Of a DNA stretch of 64,000 bases, positions 42,091-55,307 are shown piece by piece. How positions within the stretch are numbered: position 1 is the first letter of the stretch; every line of letters begins with the position of its first letter. The notes below the pieces were generated by a model. The model saw only the letters and a program-made list of their open reading frames with translations. It did no database searches and was not told where the DNA came from. The translations under genes and the position numbers were made by a program. The DNA comes from Octopus vulgaris (taxonomy: Eukaryota): assembly GCA_951406725.2 (NCBI GenBank), contig OX597824.1:66588001-66652000 (forward strand), given 5' to 3'.

Positions 42091-42533
42091 GACAAATGGA
42101 AGATGGGATATACAAGAATTTATTATTAATTACAACAATTGTTTTGATACATCTATCATCGATTCCTCATGGGTGGGACAATCAATAATTGGTTGAGGAG
42201 CATCCGGCAGTACAAATGTATCTCACCAGGAGATAAATAAATACAACTTGTTCAAATAACTGTTCCACAATGTAACTTCCCATTTTGTAGAAAGAAAAGC
42301 AGCTGGACGGAGGAAATATCTTCATTTATATAGAAGATCGAAATTAAAATCACAGATGGCAAGAAGAGAAATGAACTCACAATCTGATGAGATGCATCTG
42401 ACTTGCCGGATGCTCCTGAACCAGTTGTTGAGTGTCCCACTCATGAGGAATCGATTCTAGATGTGTCGAAATAATTGTCATGGTTAATAATAAATTCTTG
42501 TATATTCCATCTTCTGTCTTTCATTTGTCATAT
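42088..42533. repeat. Inverted-repeat element with ~140-bp arms and a hammerhead motif at 42380-42484 (+)
   Basis: tatgacaaatg...catttgtcata termini; CTGATGA-gatgcatct...agatgtgtc-GAAA-taattg-TC; same family as 41584-41943. Confidence 0.8.
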
Positions 42534-42650
42534 CCATAAATCCATAACGATCACTGTGAAAGTGACCGTGCTTTACCAGTAAGCTACCAGGTTTAAACCA
42601 TTCATTTTATATATATGTATATATGTATGATGATAATGATGATGATGATG

Positions 42651-42700
<50 letters not shown>

Positions 42701-42703
<3 letters not shown>

Positions 42704-42817
42704 CCAGATTAGACTGGAGCCTGGTGCAGCCTTCTGGCTTCCCAGAACCCCGGTCGAACCGTCCAACCCATGCTAGCATGGAGAACGGACGTTAAACGAT
42801 GATGATGATGATGATGA
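42701..42817 (+). mobile_element. RTE 3' end fragment (family D)
   Basis: Near-identical to 51642-51758. Confidence 0.85.
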
Positions 42818-42830
42818 TATATATATATAT

Positions 42831-43020
42831 AAAATAATATGTTATATTACTCAATAGTCAAGATAAAACTCTGAGTTTCAGATGCCGAAGTGGAAAACCA
42901 CAACACCATCTCTTCGGTTATCTGGCCAGATAACTGAAGAGATGGTGTTGTGGTTTTCCACTTCGGCATCTGAAACTCAGAGTTTTATCTTGACTATTGA
43001 GTAATATAACATATTATTTT
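42831..43020. repeat. Near-perfect 190-bp palindrome (94/95 pairs, no loop) containing two opposed hammerhead motifs
   Basis: Checked block by block; the only mismatch is 42916/42935. Plus 42928-42990 reads agataa-CTGAAGA-gatg..catc-t-GAAA-ctcagag-TT-ttatct. Confidence 0.95.
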
Positions 43021-43216
43021 ATATATATATATATATATATACATACACACATATATACATACATATATATATATGTATATATATATTTATATATATATAT
43101 ATATATATATTTACATATATATATATACATACATACATATATATATAAGTATATATATATATATATATATGTACACTCATGCATATTTATATGTATCATT
43201 TGTGGTTACTTTAGCA

Positions 43217-43492
43217 TTATTTGTTCAGTAGTTTAGTGTCAACAGTTTCATCAGAAATTGTTAATTCTGCATCAGAATTCTCAAGATGATTCAGAGTTGG
43301 TTTATCATTATTTTGGTCATCGATGCTTTGGCACTCTGTGGATAGAGTTTGAGCCAGTGACATTGCATCGATTCCTTCTTTCATACTATCAAATATAAAC
43401 TCAATAAATGTCTGCCAGGCCTCTCGCACCTCTGTTGTGTACACATCACAAAGAACCTGTCGGAAGCTGTCATCAATGATGGGCCACAAACG
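43217..43492 (-). CDS. Neuroglobin-like globin, last coding exon (G7 to H helix plus acidic extension)
   Basis: ttctag| acceptor in phase 0; [14 protein letters not shown]...[23 protein letters not shown]...LLNK-TAA; H8 Trp present. Confidence 0.9.
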   Translation of the reverse strand, partial: RLWPIIDDSFRQVLCDVYTTEVREAWQTFIEFIFDSMKEGIDAMSLAQTLSTECQSIDDQNNDKPTLNHLENSDAELTISDETVDTKLLNK

Positions 43493-43729
43493 CTAGAATG
43501 AAAACAAAAGAAGGATAGACAAATAGATGTTATTAATTTGTTGTGTTGTTGAAGTTATAATAGGGACTGAGAGACAAAGTAGGGATGAGCGAAAGAAGAG
43601 GAGAGTGAGGGACAGAAAACTAAAAAAAGATAGATGTGAGACATAAAGCGAAAAAAAAAATCAAGATTGAGAATGGAGAAATTCAAGAAAGAGATTCCAG
43701 AAAGAGAGAGAAGGAGAGAGAGAGAGAAA

Positions 43730-43784
<55 letters not shown>

Positions 43785-44219
43785 GAAGGGTAGGGAGTAG
43801 GGGAAGAACAATATTGAACTTGACTTGAGAAGACCTCCTGTTAAATCAGATGAAATAAATACCTAAAGTTTATCAGACTACTTAATCAGTCTTCAATCAA
43901 GCCCAACACTGTGCTGACCAAAGTTGACCTATGCTTGAAGACGTTCCAACAGTGATCCTCCTTTTTTTTTCTGAATATAGTTACTATGTCTAGGACATGC
44001 TTGCAAGCACAAGGCATGATATATAAATCTGCTGATTTATTGTGTTTCCACTGCATGAAACTAATAGTAGCTTGTATTTAAATACTGTGTGTATCAAATG
44101 ATATTTATCTCTTACTGAATGGAGTACTTTATTTTTTTATCCTACCAATAACAGAACACTTAGCTTTCTCTGCCTCTCTCTCACCCACACACACAACAGA
44201 CACACATATATATGTATAT

Positions 44220-44312
<93 letters not shown>

Positions 44313-44610
44313 CACGTGATCACGTGACCGACCAGACCATCAGATGTTGTTACACATCGCTGGTCACAATGCATTCGCATTGTTTTAGCCTTCGAATGAT
44401 GCCACCCCGCTGGCTAAGCGAGCAGGCCAACAGAAGAAAGAGTGGGAGAAAGAGTGGTGAAAGAGTACAGCAGGGATCACCACCCCCTGCCGGAGCCTCG
44501 TGGAGCTTTTAGGTGTTTTCGCTCAATCAACACACACAACGCCTGGTCTGGGAATCGAAACCGCGATCCTGCGACCGCGAGTCCGCTGCCCTAACCACTA
44601 GGTCATTGCG
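44313..44610 (-). mobile_element. tRNA-derived SINE (family B)
   Basis: Similar to 60400-60668 and 20650-20820. Confidence 0.85.
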
Positions 44611-44625
44611 TATATATACACATAT

Positions 44626-44741
<116 letters not shown>

Positions 44742-44745
44742 ATTA

Positions 44746-45080
44746 TTTGAGGGAATATTAATCCTAACTTACAGGGAAAAAATTCAATTTAGAAATACTA
44801 AATCAAATTTCACACAATATAATATATTATATAAAAATTAGGAAAAATGACCTTTTATCAATTCAAAATGAACAATTAAATTACACCATCTAGAAAATTA
44901 CATATAATAGAACTATTAAAATTAAAATAACAATAAAATACCAATAAAATAAAATTCAAGAAAGAGATTCCAGAAATTAATTATTGTTATTTTAATTTTA
45001 ATATTTCTATTATATGTAATTTTCTTGATGGTGTAATTTAATTGTTCATTTTGAATTGATAAAAGGTTTTTTTTCTAATT
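44746..45080. repeat. (TA)n-flanked element with ~100-bp inverted arms
   Basis: Arms at about 44836-44936 and 44981-45080. Confidence 0.85.
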
Positions 45081-45104
45081 TATATATATATATATATTTA
45101 CATA

Positions 45105-45312
45105 TGAGAGTGTGCTGAAAAGCTCCTAGCTTTAAGGGTATCATGAAAGGCCTGGCTGGAGGCTCAACCTTCTCAGTTCTTTTACAGGGCTTAGAAAAAC
45201 TGAAGGACTGCTGCAATAAATGTGTGAATCTGGGAGGGGAATATGTTGAATAAAATCGTAATTGACTGATCTTCCTTTTACCCAAAGCCAGGAACTTTTC
45301 ATCACCCTCTCA
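45105..45312 (+). mobile_element. Mariner-derived MITE
   Basis: TA TSD; ~30-bp TIRs tgagagtgtgctgaaaagctcctagcttt / aaagccaggaacttttcatcaccctctca; retains the KCVNLGGEYVE* transposase end. Confidence 0.85.
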
Positions 45313-45499
45313 TACACACATCATGTGTGTGTGTGTGTGTGTGTATGTGTGTGTGTGTGTGTGTGGTGTGTGTGTGTTTAACCCTCTAGCATTCAGATTA
45401 ATCTGTCAAAATGTGATGCTTATCTATTCTCATTGTTTTGAATTAATCATGCATTCACATGTTGCTTTGAGATTTTGATGATGTGATCATTTCTTTTTA

Positions 45500-45900
45500 G
45501 GCGCAGGAGTGGCTGTGTGGTAAGTAGCTTGCTTACCAACCACATGGTTCCGGGTTCAGGCCCACTGTGTGGCACTTTGGGCAAGTGTCTTCTACTATAG
45601 CCTCAGGCCGACCAAAGCCTTGTGAGTGGATTTGGTAGACGGAAACTGAAAGAAGCCTGTCGTGTATATGTATATATATGTGTGTGTGTGTTTGTGTGTC
45701 TGTGTTTGTCCCCCCAAAATCGCTTGACAACCGATGCTGGTGTGTTCATGTCCCTGTAACTTAGCAGTTCGGCAAAAGAGACTGATAGAATAAGTACTAG
45801 GCTTACAAAGAATAAGTCCTGGGGTTGATTTGCTCGACTAAAGGCGGTGCTCCAGCATGGCCGCAGTCAAATGACTGAAACAAGTAAAAGAGTAAAAGAG
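45500..45900 (+). mobile_element. SINE family A, full-length reference copy
   Basis: tRNA-like head ggcgcaggagtggctgtgtggtaag, B-box-like gggttcaggccc, internal (TG)n, and tail gactgaaacaagtaaaagag. Confidence 0.9.
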
Positions 45901-46692
45901 TGATTGATATGTAGGCGTGAGAGGCTAGATCCAGTCAATTTGAACATATATTTGGGCCGGATATAGAATAGAATATTTGGGCCGGATATAGCCAGTTTAA
46001 ATGCTAAAGGGATAAATATATTTAGGAGATGGGGAATCCACTACTTAGCGTAAAGCTTATTAATTCCGAAGCTGCTGTTTCATTCTTTCATTATTCTGGG
46101 TTTTTGAGTAGTTCATTCATTCAGATGACACATAGATACTCTCGATTATGAGACACATTTATCTGTGTCATTATTTGTGGTATCATCCATTTATAGAAAA
46201 TAAAACAAAAACGGAAATTATAATAACAATGTACTTAATGCATGCAATTCTCATTGGTTATCTGATGAAGGCAGAAAACCAGAAACTTAATGAGTCCACA
46301 TAATGTTATATTGTCTAATTTTATAAAGAGGTTTTAATAGCTACGATATCTAATATCCTCATTGAAGTGTTATGTTTATATATAACTGAAATTAGGCATA
46401 AACTGTTACTATTCAACCAATTTATCTTATCTTAGATGAAGAAAATTAAAATATTTACACTTACAACTCAAACATTTTGATTTCTAATTGCACTCAGGTG
46501 TCTTATCCCAGGATGTATATTTAACAAAATAATTGAATTTTGAATGCAGGCATGGGTGTGTGGTTAAAAAGACTACTTCCTAATCCTGTGATCTTGAGTT
46601 CTGTCTTGCTGTACAGCATCTTCAGCAAATATCTTCTATCATAGCCTAAGGTTGACCAAAGACTTGTTTTATGAGTGGACTTGGTAGATAGA

Positions 46693-46738
<46 letters not shown>

Positions 46739-47049
46739 TTGAAGCTCTTTTGGAGCTAAAGGGTGATGCACAAGCACTCAACTATGAGTGCATTGTATTT
46801 TATCACAGAGACAGCTGTAAGCTAATAAAGTTCATGACATAACTTCTTATTGTCTTGTCCTTTATTTAATTTTCTATAAATAGATTTTTATAAATAGATG
46901 ATAAATGGATCTGGTAGATGTATATATACATATATATTATATGTCCTTGTGTGTAAGTGTGTGTGTGTGTATATATATGTGATCGCGTGTGTACTGTTGG
47001 TGATTTTTTTTTCTCCGTCTTCCCTTCTCTAGATCTTTCCTTTTCCTAT

Positions 47050-47084
47050 GTTTCTGACAAAGAGCTCCGCTTGAAACGTAAAAC
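47050..47084 (+). ncRNA. Ultra-minimal hammerhead motif in a ~200-bp element (46987-47190)
   Basis: gttt-CTGACAA-a-gagc-tcc-gctt-GAAA-cg-TA-aaac; paralogue at 56882-56916. Confidence 0.65.
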
Positions 47085-47264
47085 TCTCCTTCTTCCCTTC
47101 CTTCCTGAGCATCCAATAATACTATATTTGTTCCACGTCCTCGTGTTGTCGTGTTTTCTCTTTGTGTTTTCATGTTTGGATTAACTATATATATATATAT
47201 ATACATACATATATATTTATGTATGTATATATGTATCTCTCCCTCCCTCTTTCCTCCCTCCCTC

Positions 47265-47917
<653 letters not shown>

Positions 47918-48231
47918 AAAGATTAAGGAGTGCATGCGTCACATAAATAATATTTTCAGGATTAAATAAAAAGACAACAAATGGAAAATATGACCTACCA
48001 ATACATATAATTAAAAAAAGAAAATTGTATTAAATAAACAAATGAACATATACTAAATACACAGACAGACAGAAAACACAGAAGGTCACCAGTTTTTCAT
48101 CAGTTATTGGCCAGGGGATCAAGCCATTATCAATAATATTGCTTCCACACTAGAGGCACCTACAAGAAACTTGTCAGGATATATATATATATATATATAC
48201 ATATACACGCATACACACTCACACATGTATA

Positions 48232-48610
48232 TCTCTCTATATATAAAACTGAGAATGTGTGTCTGTCTGTCTGTCTGTCTGTCTGTGTGTTTCCCTAAAT
48301 CTTGATAACTACGCAACCAATTTCCTTCAAATTTCACACATGCCTTACCTAGGGTCCGGGGAGTGTCATCAGCAAACTTTTTGCCTAGGGCGAGCCCACA
48401 GTAATATCATATCTTCTCCACTTTGATTCCCTAAAACTTTAGAACTACAGAACCAGTTTCATTCAAATTTTACACATGCCTTACTTAGGGTCCATGTAGT
48501 GTCATGGGCAAAAAAATGTTTAACTTCTTGCCTAGAGCGAGCCCACAGCAGTGTCATATCTTCTCCACTGTTTAAGTATTACGTGTTAAAAGTGAAACAA
48601 AAACATCTCT
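48232..48610. mobile_element. Helitron/Helentron-like non-autonomous element (partial, with internal ~130-bp duplication)
   Basis: tctctctatatataaaact...(GTCT)n...ttcaaatttcacac head; 48290-48420 is repeated at 48425-48570. Confidence 0.45.
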
Positions 48611-48675
48611 CTATTGTATGTATATGGATGTATATGTCTATAATGTAATACATGTCTTTGGTGTGGTAATTGTGC

Positions 48676-48762
48676 GCGGCTGAAGAAGGCTATTGACATA
48701 CATGTTACATCAATTATGCATTGATATAAACTGTCCAATAAAGCCAGAAACATATGTACCGC
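48676..48762 (+). ncRNA. Type I hammerhead ribozyme motif
   Basis: gcgg-CTGAAGA-a-ggct...agcc-a-GAAA-catatg-TA-ccgc; perfect stem I and palindromic stem III. Confidence 0.78.
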
Positions 48763-49520
48763 TAAATCCTTTGCATCCTGTTTTTCTTTTGATGTATATA
48801 TATATATATATTACAAAATATAAAGTTATATCTTGAGATCGTTAGTGACAACAATGCTCAAAATATATAACAGACTGGAACAGTAGTGCTCAAATGAGCT
48901 GTATACACTTTTTAATCCGAGGGGAGGCAATGCGAGCAGCAACTACAAAAGCACTACAAAATCCACAGAAAGATCAAACACATACATATATTCATATATT
49001 CATTTATATCTACAGAACAGACATAAAACCCGACATTTAGAAATATATAGTAATATATAAATATATAAATATCATATAAAAATATATTGTATGCATAAGA
49101 TCCACTTGACGTTCCATAAGAAATTTAGAAATAAAAATTGCAATAAAAGTTAAAGGTAATAATAACAATTGAATTAAATATAGTAAATATAGTAAGTAGT
49201 AATTAAATATATTTTATTTTATCAAAATGGTATTTAAATCGTTATATAACAATTAAAAGAAAAAATAGCAATTAGTATAAAATGTATCAAGGACTTGAAC
49301 TCGAATATGTGGCTTTGCATGAATGGGAGAAATTAAAAGATGAAAAATTTAATTGAGTGCAGAAGTGAATTAGTCCAGATGGACATGTGCTCATACCATT
49401 TACTATAGCTGCTAGATTGAATTATATGCTTATAAAGTAGCATTCAGTATCTAGGAGAATTTTTGGGAGTACATAATGTCTGGTCTTTCGCATGTAGCAG
49501 GTATGTAATTGTGTAAAAAA

Positions 49521-49602
49521 CATCCTGACGAGGGGGGTGTCAATTTTAAATATATAATATGTTTCATATCAATTGATGCATTTCCGAAACGGCCCGTAGA
49601 TG
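49521..49602 (+). ncRNA. Type I hammerhead ribozyme, canonical core
   Basis: catc-CTGACGA-ggggggtgtcaatt...aattgatgcatttcc-GAAA-cggcccg-TA-gatg; all core nucleotides intact. Confidence 0.82.
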
Positions 49603-49772
49603 AACTTTTATGTATTTTTGTAAATTTGTATATTTATCTTCTATGTATTTTTCTCTGGAATCATAATTCGTCTTTTTAATATGTCATTGTATGTTTTATT
49701 CTCACATATCTACATTTAACAAATTTATACCAAACTAGCACTATGACCTGGCAACACCGGGTCATAATGCTA

Positions 49773-49831
<59 letters not shown>

Positions 49832-50157
49832 CGCAGGAGTGACTGTGTGGTAAGGGCATCCAGCTGCACCAGACTCCAATCAGACTGGAGTTTGGTGCAG
49901 CCTTCCAGCAAGCCAGCCCAGTCTAACTGTCCAAACCAAGCGAAAGTGGTTCAAACGTTTCCAAGATAGCTGAAAAAATGTTGATATTGAGACTTGCAAC
50001 CAGCAGAACTGAGAAAAACATTGCAGATGTGCATGTCTATGTATTGTAAGTATATGCATGGGTTGTAAGGACTAATAAGTGTGTGTATATGTGTGTGTGT
50101 GTCTGTTTGTATATGTGAGATTCTGTGTGTGCATGTAAATGCATGATTGTCTCTTTT

Positions 50158-51760
50158 GTGGGGTCCACCAGGGTTCAGTACTCAGTCCCCTCCTATTTAT
50201 CATAGTCCTCCAGACAATTACGGAGGAATTCAAGACAGGTTGCCCCTGGGAGCTCCTCTATGCTGACGACCTTGCTCTAATTGCTGAGTCACTATCAGAA
50301 CTGGAGGAGAAGTTCCTGGTGTGGAAGGAGGGTTTAGAATCGAGGGGCCTTAGAGTCAACTTAGCTAAAACCAAAGTACTAATAAGTAGGAAGGTAGACA
50401 ATCCACAAATGTCTTCAGGAAGATGGCCCTGCTCGATCTGTAGAAAAGGTGTAGGTAGAAACTCTATAAGATGTACCCAGTGTAAGCTATGGACACATAA
50501 GAGGTGCAGCAATGTCAAAGGTAGGCTAACTGGGAAGATAGTTTTTGTATGTGGCAGATGCTCGGGAGCATTAACCTCCGAAAATCTGCAGAAAACAACT
50601 TCCGTCACTTTCCAGGGGGAAAAACTAGAAGTAGTTGATAGCTTCTGTTATCTAGGTGACCAAGTCAGTAGTGGGGGTGGGTGCACTGAAAGTGTAACTG
50701 CTAGAATAAGAATAGCCTGGGCAAAGTTTAGGAAGCTCTTACCTCTGCTGGTGACAAAAGGCCTCTCGCTCAGAGTAAAAGGCAGACTGTATGATGCATG
50801 TGTACGAACAGCCATGCTACATGCGTAAGCTCATGAGGAATGAAGCCAGTATGCTCCGATGGATGTGTAATGTCAGTGTACATACTCGACAGAGCGTTAG
50901 TACCTTGAGAGAAATGTTGTACCTAAGAAGCATCAGTTGTAGTGTGCAAGAAAGACGATTGTGCTGGTATGGTCATGTGGCGAGAATGGATGAAGATAGG
51001 TGTGTGAGAAAGTGCCAATCCCTAGCAGTTGAGGGAACGCATGGAAGAGGTAGACCCAGGAAAATCTGGGACGAGGTGGTGAAGCACGACCTTCGAACTT
51101 TAGGTCTCACCAAGGAAATGACTAGAGACCTATGGAAGTATGATGTGCGTGAGAAGACCCGGCAAGACCAGTGAGAACAGTCAAAATCGACCTTTGGAAA
51201 TATGCTGTATGTGAGAAGACCAGGCAGGACAAGTGAGCCCAGCCCACTTATGCATGCCTTTCCTCCCTTGGACACAAAGACCTGTTGAGGCAAGCGAAGT
51301 CGATATAGAACTTCATCCGATGACAGGCACCCATGCCAACCCCCTTTGCTTGCGAAGACATGTTGGGGCAAGTGAAATCGAAATCGAATTGAACCAATCC
51401 TATGACTGGCACCCGGCAGATTCCAGGACTCCTGGACTGGTGGTACGTAAAAAGCACTATCCGACTCGTGGCCGATGCCAGCGCCGCCTCGACTGGCTTC
51501 CGTGCCGGTGGCACATAAAATACACCAATCCGACCATAGCCGTTGCCAGCCTCGCCTGGCACCTGTGCAGGTGGCACGTAAAAAGCACCCACTGCACTCA
51601 CGGAGTGGTTGGCGTTAGGAAGGGCATCCAGCTGTAGAAACATTGCCAGATAAGACTGGAGCCTGGTGCAGCCTTCTGGCTTCCCAGATTCCCGGTCGAA
51701 CCGTCCAACCCATGCTAGCATGGAGAACGGACGTTAAACGATGATGATGATGATGATGAT
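50158..51760 (+). mobile_element. 5'-truncated RTE-clade LINE (RT C-terminal half plus 3' UTR)
   Basis: GVHQGSVLSPLLF, LLYADDL, YLG, RRLCWYGHV, GRGRPRKIW; 3' UTR with tandem units and a (GAT)n tail. Confidence 0.93.
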
Positions 51761-52693
51761 ATGAGCAGATGTACTTGTGCAGTGTGTGTATGTGTGTGTG
51801 CATGTGTGTGTGTATGTATGTACATATGCATGGTTGTATAAAGATGTGTGAGGGTGTGAGTATGCATACATATATTGTGTGTGAACAACTGATTATCTAA
51901 TAATAATCATAACTAATCAATCAAAACTATTGTACTAGTTCTAATGAATCAAAGAAACCATTAATTAAGAAAAATAATTAGTCAGTTGTGTGGTGATGGG
52001 GGAGTAAGTGGAGATTAAATTACATCTCAGCCCATTAATCACACACACATTCATTGTTAATAATTCAACAAAACCCTTATTGTTGTATTTGTCTTTGTTG
52101 TTATTAATGAATTATAATCAGTCAAATTAATATATACAAAAAAATAAGCTAACACAGCATTATCAAAGCAATCCAAAATGGACTAAATTCAAAATATCTC
52201 TAAATAGATGAATGCATATAAAAAGAATGTTAAAAAATATATATAATATTCTAAGAAAAGCCAGTTTTCTTCATAATGTTCTCGTTAGAAATATTTTGTT
52301 GATTCACTCTCTCTTTAGTCCATTTTTGATTGCCTTGATAACTTTGTGTGAGCATATATTTTGGATGTATCAACTTCGCTGGTATTTTATATCTTTTTCT
52401 ATATCTAAATATGTTGGTGCAATAAAAACGATCATCAGTAATGAATAGTGTAATCATCAATTAAAGATATAATTTTCTCCATTCGTGTTCTTGTCTTATA
52501 TTCTGAGTTTCTTGGTATTATTCTGAACAATATTTGGATCAACATGTCATTCATGATGAATATAGCTTGGATGTTAATTTTACTTGCAGTTATTGGTATC
52601 TGATTGTTTGATATAGTTAGCCAAATTAGTTTAACACTGAGAGTTTTATAGATACTTGACTGGATTTACTAATCCCTTTTACTTGTTATATAT

Positions 52694-53010
52694 CATCATC
52701 ATCATCATCATCATCATCGTTTAACATGTGCCATCCATGCTGGCATGGGTTGGATGGTTTGGCAGGAGCTGGCCAGGCAGAAGACTGCACCAGACTTCTG
52801 TGTCTGTTTTGGCATGGTGTTTTCTAACACCAACCACCCAACAAAGTGGACTAAGTGCGTTTCACCTAGCATCTGCACAGGTGAGGTCAGTTTTAGCAGG
52901 GTTTTTATAACAGGATACCCTTCCAAATGCCAACCACTAAACAGTGTGGTCTGGATGCTTTTTATAAGGCACCAACACTGGCAGGGTCGGCAAGTAACTT
53001 GCAAGACAAA
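52694..53010 (-). mobile_element. Diverged family D / RTE-tail fragment
   Basis: (CAT)n-cgtttaac...ccatgctggcatgggttggatgg. Confidence 0.7.
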
Positions 53011-53134
53011 GATCCTTTAAGAGGGGGAGTAGGACCTGGAGTAAGTGTTCTTGTGTCTAAGGATAAAAGTTTAGAGTGTCAAAGAGAAACAGAAACAGGT
53101 GACTTGCTGTAGAGGAGGCACATGGTTACCTGGC

Positions 53135-53169
<35 letters not shown>

Positions 53170-53311
53170 AAGACAGCAGGAGTGGAAGAAAGAGCAGGAG
53201 AGAGATGGTGGCAAAGTGCAAGTGCATGCTCACATGGAACAGGGATCAGAACATAATGGGATGGTAAAAAGGGAGAACAAAAAAGATATTATAGTCCTAT
53301 ATATATGTATA

Positions 53312-53342
<31 letters not shown>

Positions 53343-53460
53343 GGATAGATAGATAGATGTCAGTATCCATGAATATGTAGTACTTTTGTGTATATATGTT
53401 TTTTATATACATATGCATATATATTGTGTGTGACTGTGTGTATGTGTAAATATATGTATG

Positions 53461-53500
<40 letters not shown>

Positions 53501-53514
53501 CACACACAACTAGG

Positions 53515-54030
53515 AAGATCGCATCACCAACAACTCTGTGCTTGAAAGATCAGGTCTCCTGAGCATCGAAGCCTTGATCATTGAATATCAACTCCAATGG
53601 TCAGGTCACATCCGTCGGATGAATGAACGTTGCCTTCCCAAGATCTGTCTCTACAGTGAACTGTCTGAAGGAAAACGTCCTCGTGAAGCCCTCTTGAGGC
53701 GGTACAAGGACCAACTCAAATCAACCCTGAAAAGCATCAACATCAACCTTGCACACTGAGAAGATACCTCAGCAAACAGACCCCTCTGGAGACACACCAT
53801 CAAAACGGGTTCTGCGGACTTCGAGAAAGCTCAAGTCACAAGAGCTGAACTCAAGAGATGGGAGAGAGAGCAGTGCCTTCTCCTTCCCAAACTAGCACCT
53901 TCTATCCCTTGTTCACAATGTCCCCATATGTTTCATGCAACCCTTGGATTGTGGAGCCATCTGCAGTTCAAACATCCAGGAAAATGAACTGGGTTGTAAG
54001 CTCGGAAACATGAGATGCAGCCAACTACTA
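53515..54030 (+). mobile_element. RTE/BovB-like LINE 3' fragment
   Basis: SIEALI..QLQWSGHIRRM...LPKICLYSEL..GKRP...RYKDQLK, then a terminal PCSQC..F..LGLWSHL finger. Confidence 0.85.
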
Positions 54031-54354
54031 CTATACACACACATGTATAAGTATACATGGCCTTGTTTATGTGTGTGTGTGTGTGTGTGAGTTGACTCCA
54101 AACCGTACTCAGCCATGTTCTTATCTCTCTTGTTCCATTATTGTAGAATGTGTAATATGATACACATATGCAATATATTGTTTCACTACTCTTCCTCCAC
54201 CACTACCACCTGCTTACTTTTATGATGGTCCTTAAGAGTGGAAAGACTTATGTCTCCTAATTGATAGATGGCTCCTGTCTAGTTGTAGCGTCAAAGTATA
54301 CTACTGAACTGTCAATTTGTTTTCCATTTTAAAATTTAAATCTCTCCTCTCCTA

Positions 54355-54667
54355 TCAGTCTCTTTTGCCGAAATGCAAGTTTACAGGAATGTCAACACAC
54401 CAGCATCGGTTGTCAAGCAATGTAGGGGGAACAAACACAGACACACAAACATATACACACACACATATACATATATATATAAGTACACACACACACATAT
54501 ATACGACAGGCTTTTTTCAGTTTTCACCTACCAGATCTACTCACAAGGCTTTGGTTGGCCTGAGACTATAGCAGAAGGCACTTGCCCAAGTAAACATGCA
54601 GTGGGACTGAACCTGGAACCATGTGGTTCGTAAGCAAGCTTCTTAACACATTGTCACTCCTGAGCCT
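54355..54667 (-). mobile_element. SINE family A
   Basis: Reverse complement of 45500-45780. Confidence 0.8.
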
Positions 54668-55276
54668 ATATATATATACACATATTTACACACACAGATA
54701 CACACAGATGCATGCACATGCACACACACACTGTTGTGTAATGCATGCTTGGAAAACCTGACATAACATGAAATTAATGTCTCCAGTAATTTTCGTGTTT
54801 GAAAATTATTCTAATAGATTTCTCAAAAAAACACCCCAAAAAACAAACAAAAAAACCAGCAAAAATAACAGTAGAATAGCAATAAAAGCAAAGCAACCAC
54901 TTTCATGCATGGAATTGAAAATAACATACACAATGTAATATGTCTACACGACAATATTTGAAGTGAAATATGATGGGGAATAAATAAAAATTATAATATC
55001 ATAATAAGGTATGTTCTTCTCACAAAAGACATTGACTACAATTGAAGAATGATTGTAGTGGAATGAAACTTAGTAGAAGGATGAGGATATTCCATCTTAT
55101 AGTTCATCTTCATCAACTATAAGGCAGAGTCATGGCTGTGTGGTCAGAAGTTTGCTTACCAACTACATGGTTCTGTGTTCAATCCTCTATGTGGCACCTT
55201 GGGAAAGTATCTTCTACAATAGCCTTGTGGATTGATTTGGTAGACAGAAACTGAATGAAGCCCATCATGCATGTGT

Positions 55277-55307
<31 letters not shown>

